NCBI GenBank assembly: GCA_963712625.1
Contig: CAVQIU010000009.1
Span: forward strand, 27,501 to 91,500
DNA length: 64,000 bases
Origin: an uncultured Actinomycetota bacterium
GTDB lineage: Bacteria; Actinomycetota; Actinomycetes; Propionibacteriales; Propionibacteriaceae
Direction: 5' to 3'
In this document: positions 59,315 to 64,000 of the stretch, in pieces
Numbering within the stretch: position 1 is the stretch's first letter
Layout of the letters: each line of letters begins with the position of its first letter
Position numbers and translations under genes: made by a program
Notes under the pieces: generated by a model
Told to the model about the DNA's origin: nothing
Database searches by the model: none
What the model saw: only the letters and a program-made list of their open reading frames with translations

Positions 59315-59477
59315 GATCCTCCCTCAACCCCGGCTGCCATTCTCGGCCATAGGCCCCCGGAGCGTGAAATGGGCCCGTCCTGTGGACTCGCTCGGTCGTA
59401 ATCCCCGCGCTCGCGACCTTCATGCGCTGCGCCGACTACTTTCACGAGTTGCGCAACTCGTGACGGTGCTGCAGTCG

Positions 59478-59640
59478 TGCGAGCAGCTCGTCATAGCGCC
59501 GCTGTGTTGGATTGGCGCTCTGACAAGCTGTTCGCGGATCCGACTCCTTCGTCGCTTGCGGTCGTGCGGGTTCCGACGTTGCGCTGCATCGCACATGCTC
59601 CTGCAGTCGTCGGAGCGAGCAGCTCGTCATAGCGCCGCCT
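59478..59640 (-). repeat. Second copy of the MIRU-like repeat, starting at the pbpA stop codon
   Basis: Shares GCGCTATGAC, TCGCTCCG.CGACTGCAGGAGC, GCGACGAAGGAGTCGGA.CCGCGAACAGC.TGTCAGAGCGCCAATCCA.CACAGC with the 42470 array; 136-bp period. Confidence 0.88.
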
Positions 59641-61065
59641 GCATAACCGCCTGGGCGATGGGTGCTGCGACCCGCCCACCGGCGATGTCGTTCCGCGGGA
59701 TATCGGCGTCCTCGACGATCACGGCGACTGCGATCTTCGGGTCGTCCAGCGGCGCAAATGAGGTGAACCACGCGAACGGCTTGCGCTTGGGATCCGACTG
59801 GGCCGTGCCGGTCTTGCCGCCAACCTCAACGCCCGGAATCTGCGCATTGCGCCCAGTGCCCTCGCTGACCACCACGGCCATCATCTGTTGCAACTCCTTG
59901 GCGTTCTCTGGGGTCATGGCAGTGGAGAGCTCCTGCGGCTTGTGGGTCTGGATGCGGCTTCAGGTCCTGAGATCGCACCGTGCTCACAATGTAGGGGTCC
60001 ATCAGCACGCCGTCGTTGGCGATCGCCGCTGACACCATCGCCATCTGCAACGGGCTAGCCGCCACGTCGTACTGGCCAATTGCGCTCAGCGCCAGCTGCG
60101 CATCGTTCAGCTTGTCGGGAAATTGGCTGGCCACACCTCCGAGGTCGGCCAGGTGCCGTCTGTCGAAGCCGAAAAGCTGGGCTTGTTCGCGCAGCTTGTC
60201 CTCCCCAAGCTCAAGACCCAGGTTGGCGAACGCGGTGTTACAGGAGACCTTGAGTGCCTGGGTCAATGGTGATCTTGGTGCCGCCACAGTCGGTGGAGTT
60301 GGGCAGGATACACGCGGGTGCCGGGCAGCTTGAGCCGATCCGGCGATCCACCAGGGAGTCTGGGGTCTTTCCGTCAGCGAGAGCGGCAGCCGCGGTCACC
60401 AGCTTGAACGTGGAGCCTGGGGGATAGATCTCGCGTGCCGCTCGGTTGGACAGCGGGTGCTGCGGGTTTGACGCGAGCCGGTCGTACGCCTTACCGGCAG
60501 CCTCGATGTCGTGGCTGGCGATGTCGTTCGGATCGAAGGTCGGGCTGGTCACCATGGCGAGCACAGCGCCTGTCTTGGGATCAAGCGCGACGACGGCACC
60601 CTTCTGGTTGCCGAGCGCGTCGGCCGCAGCCTTCTGAATCTTGGGCACGATCGTGGTCTGGACGCTCGCCCCTTCGGGCGTCTTGTTGGTCGCCATGTCG
60701 ATCAGCCGGCGTACGAAAAGGGCATCGTCGGTGCCGGACAGCTGGGCGTTATAGGTGCTCTCCAACGCGGAGCTGGCACGGTCGTAGGAGTAGAAGCCGG
60801 TGATCGGCGCGTAGAGCTCGCCGTCGGGATAGACCCGCTGGTACTTGAAGCGGTCCTTGGCTGGCACGGTCTTGGCGATCTCGGTCTTGCCGGCCGCCAG
60901 GATCGCACCACGGTTCTGGGCGAATTCCGCGTCCCGCACCCGCCGGTTCTGCGGCTGAGCGGCCAGTGAATCCTGCCGAAAGATCATCATGTACGTGCCG
61001 TTGGCCAGCAGCAAGGCGAACATGATCATGGCGACGAAGGCGACTCGTCGGATGGGCTTGTTCAT
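59627..61065 (-). CDS. pbpA: Class B penicillin-binding protein PbpA, frameshifted
   Basis: MNKPIRR, RGAIL, YPPGSTFK (SxxK), SCNTAF (SxN), AIGQ, GKTGTA. Confidence 0.95.
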
Positions 61066-62439
61066 GCGGCCGCCTTGACGAGCTGGGTTTGCTCTGCATC
61101 CGGATTGATCGGCGCTACTGTCGCGGCGGGCTTGCGTACCTGATGGGAGATCACCAGAAGCAGCCCTGCGACGATCCAGTTACAGACCAGCGAGGAGCCG
61201 CCCTGCGACATGAAGGGTGTGGTCAGGCCGGTCAATGGCAGCAGCCGCGTCACGCCGCCGATGATGGTGAACACCTGCAGCGCGAACGCGAACGACAAGC
61301 CCGTAGCCAGCAGCTTGCCGAAGGGATCCCGACATTGCAGGGCGATCCGCAGGCCTCGAGCAACGATCAATCCGTAGATCAGGATTACTGCCATGAGGCC
61401 GGTCATGCCAAGCTCTTCGCCAATCGCGGCAGCGATGAAGTCGCTGCGCGCCAACGGTGTGAGGCCTGGCCGGCCTAGCCCAAGGCCGGTGCCCAGCAGG
61501 CCGCCCCATGCCATGCCGAACTGGGCGTTGATCACCTGGTAGTAGGCGTCGAAGTTGGAGAAGGGGTCGAGCCAGGCGCCGACCCGGACGCCGCACATGG
61601 CTGAAGTTGAGATAGCCGAAGTACGCTCCCGCCGCGAAGAGCAGCGTGCCCAGGACAGCCCAGCCGGCCCGCTCGGTTGCGACGTAGAGCATCATCACGA
61701 ACAATCCGAAGAACAGCAGTGAGGTTCCCAGGTCGCGCTGCCAGACCAGAACTGCAAGGCTGATCAGCCACATCATCAGGATCGGGCCGAGGTCGCGGGC
61801 CCGCGGCAGGTCAATGCCGAGCACGCGATAGCCGGCCAGCGCGAGCACCTCGCGTTTCTCGACGAGGTAGGAAGCGAAGGCGATCGCCAGCAGGACCTTG
61901 GCGGCCTCGGCAGGCTGGAAGCTGTAGGGACCGACCTGGATCCAGATCTGGGCACCGAACTTCTCTGTGCCGAGGCCGGGTACCAGCGGCAGCAGCAGCA
62001 GCACGATACCGGCCAAGCCGATCGTGTAGGTAAACCGCTGCAGCGGCCGGTGATCATTGAGCCAGGTCACGACGAGAATGAACATCAGGACGCCGATCGC
62101 AGTCCAGATCAGCTGCTGGCGGGCGCCATTGAGTGGCGGGTCGTTGATCAGGTCAATGCGGTGGATCATGACCAGCCCGAGGCCGTTGAGCAAGATCACG
62201 CAAGGCAGGATCACCGGATCGGCGTAAGGGAGCCGCCACCGGACCGCGATGTGCGCCAGTGCCGCGAGCAGGACGGAGACGCCTGCCACGTAGGGAAAGC
62301 TCGGCGACAGCTCACCAGTGACATTGAAGTCGACCAGCGCGTACGCCCCGAGGGTCAGGCCCAGCGCGAAGATGATCAGGGCCAGCTCGACCCCGCGACG
62401 CTTGCGGGGAACAACGGTAACAGGTGAAACCACACGCAT
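61062..62439 (-). CDS. rodA: SEDS protein RodA (FtsW/RodA/SpoVE), frameshifted
   Basis: SFQPAEAAK, QRDLGTSLL, GLGLGRP, SDFI..AIGEELG, PLTGLTTPFMSQGGSSL. Confidence 0.95.
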
Positions 62440-63799
62440 CAGCAGTTCGGCTCCGTCTGGTCTGTGGCTGGGGCAGACGGTTGTGGGGTTGGCTTGGCCG
62501 CCGGGCTTTCTTGCTCGGCGTCGGGCTGGCTTTCGAACCTGGTGATGCGGTCGGGCGCGCTGAGCTCGTCGGCTGTGGGCTGGCACATCTCTTGGCCGCC
62601 TCGCTCAGCTCAGCGACGGTCGCACGCGCCGAGTCCAAGCTGGGGACATCGATCTTGGCTTTGACCTGCTCTTGATAGAACGGCGGCAGCTCGCCGACCG
62701 TCAGCTGCTGTACCTCATACACCCGTGACAGGGACAGGCCGGGAATGCTCTCCGACAACCCCTGAAAGATCGCGACCTTGTCCTGGTCGGCACCCACGAA
62801 GTACTGGGTGCGGGTCCACCCGTACGCCATCCCCAGTCCGGCAACAGCCACTAGCACGAGCACGAGCAGGCCGATCAGCGGCCGACGGATTCGTCCGTGG
62901 TGCGGCGCCTGCGGGCTGTATCGCTCCTCGTCGTCGGGAGTCGTCTCGAAGTCGGCCAACTGTGTGACGAGGGTCTCTTCGACGGCTTCGTCGTCTTCCT
63001 GAAGCTGCCGGCGCGGCGCGCCGGGAGCCCTGATCGGCTGTTCGGAGGCTGCCCCCAGCACGAGCAGATCGTCGTTGCCGCCGGATTCCACAACATCGGC
63101 CACGATCACCGTGATGTTGTCGATCCCACCTTCATGGAGAGATTCGACGACCAGGCGCTGGAGTGCATCGTTGATATCGGAAAGCTGGAGGCCGGCCTCG
63201 ATCATGTCGTCGTCGATCAAACCGCAGACGCCGTCGCTGCAGAACATCAGCCGGTCGCCGAGCTTGACCGGCACCATGGTGAGATCCGGGTCGTTCGTGG
63301 GCTGCCCGTTCAATACCTTCAGCAGCAGCGAGCGGTGCGGGTGGATTGCGGCTTCGGACTCACTGATCTTTCCGTCATCGACTAGTGATTGCACCCACGT
63401 GTGATCGTGAGTGAGTCGCTCCAGGTGACCGTCGCGGTACAGATATGCGCGACTGTCTCCGATATGGGCCAGACCGAGCTCAATGCCGTCGAACATCGCA
63501 CCTGTGACTGTCGTGCCCATCCCCTCCAGGGAAAGATCGGATTCGACCAGCTCCGCGATCTTGTCGTTGGCCTCGTGGATGGCCCCGGCCAGCACTTCGA
63601 GCATGTGCTCGCCCGTGCTGGGCCCTTCGATCTTCCTCATCGAGTCGATCGCCACAGCAGAGGCAAGATCACCCGCCGCCGCGCCGCCCATCCCATCGGC
63701 CACCACGAGCAGGTGCGGACTCGCATACCCGGAGTCTTGATTGTTCTTACGAATCAGCCCGATCTCGGAATGGGCGACGTATCTCAGCTGGAGCGGCAT
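62439..63799 (-). CDS. pstP: PP2C-family Ser/Thr phosphatase PstP (3' frameshift)
   Basis: GLIRKNNQDS, VADGMGG, GMGTT, HIGDSRAY, CSDG, DNITV, TM. Confidence 0.95.
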
Positions 63800-63803
63800 C
63801 TGT

Positions 63804-64000
63804 TCACGTCTCCAGTTTCAGAATCGTCTTGCCGATGCGTACTGTGTCGGCGAGGGTGATCGTGGTCGGGGCCGTGATCCGCTGGCCGTTGACGTACGTG
63901 CCGTTCGTGGAGCCTAGATCCTCGACGTAGATGCCATTCGGCGTGCTGACCACGCGAGCGTGCCGGGTCGAGACGTAGTCGTCATCCAAGATCAGCTGGC
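63804..64000 (-). CDS. fhaB: FHA-domain protein FhaB/FipA (5' end outside window)
   Basis: DDYVSTRHAR, EDLGSTNGT, VRIGKT; position upstream of pstP. Confidence 0.9.
   Translation of the reverse strand, partial: QLILDDDYVSTRHARVVSTPNGIYVEDLGSTNGTYVNGQRITAPTTITLADTVRIGKTILKLET

Noticed and set aside
57431-61065. Absence of pknA between pbpA and pknB as a novelty
   Set aside because: A single-kinase version of this cluster is known in other actinobacteria such as Streptomyces

Overview
High-GC actinobacterial chromosome segment. Gene order and the zinc-free S18 are compatible with Propionibacteriales, but this is inference. About half of the recognisable genes, including essential ones (rpsF, rplI, ponA, pknB, rodA), are split by single-base frameshifts, so most splits are probably uncorrected long-read errors rather than pseudogenes. 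Layout: (1-5.8 kb) sugar ABC transporter + ThuA + two Gfo/Idh/MocA oxidoreductases; (6-12.8 kb) accessory zone on the 3' side of tRNA-Ala(TGC) with gene remnants and an IS481 end; (13-22.4 kb) conserved DUF5318-ponA-GT87-mannosyltransferase and alr-like-femX block; (22.4-22.9 kb) a strongly structured non-coding stretch next to a REP-like palindrome; (22.9-32.4 kb) beta-propeller lectin-like gene, alkyl-DHAP-synthase-like enzyme, acyltransferase, SDR, ackA-pta; (32-43 kb) Ser/Thr kinase, TetR + ABC exporter, nfo, M48 peptidase, a LuxR-ATPase with a tandemly duplicated 3' end, and a MIRU-like coding repeat array; (43.6-46.3 kb) S6:S18 leader-rpsF-ssb-rpsR-rplI with no dnaB following; (46.5-54 kb) CYTH-CHAD gene and a small glycosyltransferase/UDP-sugar dehydrogenase cluster; (54-64 kb) crgA-DUF881-trpG/pabA and the pknB-pbpA-rodA-pstP-fhaB division cluster. 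Best leads: a candidate eukaryote-type ether-lipid module, an orphan structured RNA (possibly an IS110-type non-coding end), and a dispersed ATGA-coupled micro-ORF repeat family. No CRISPR array, rRNA or intact integrase/transposase was found.
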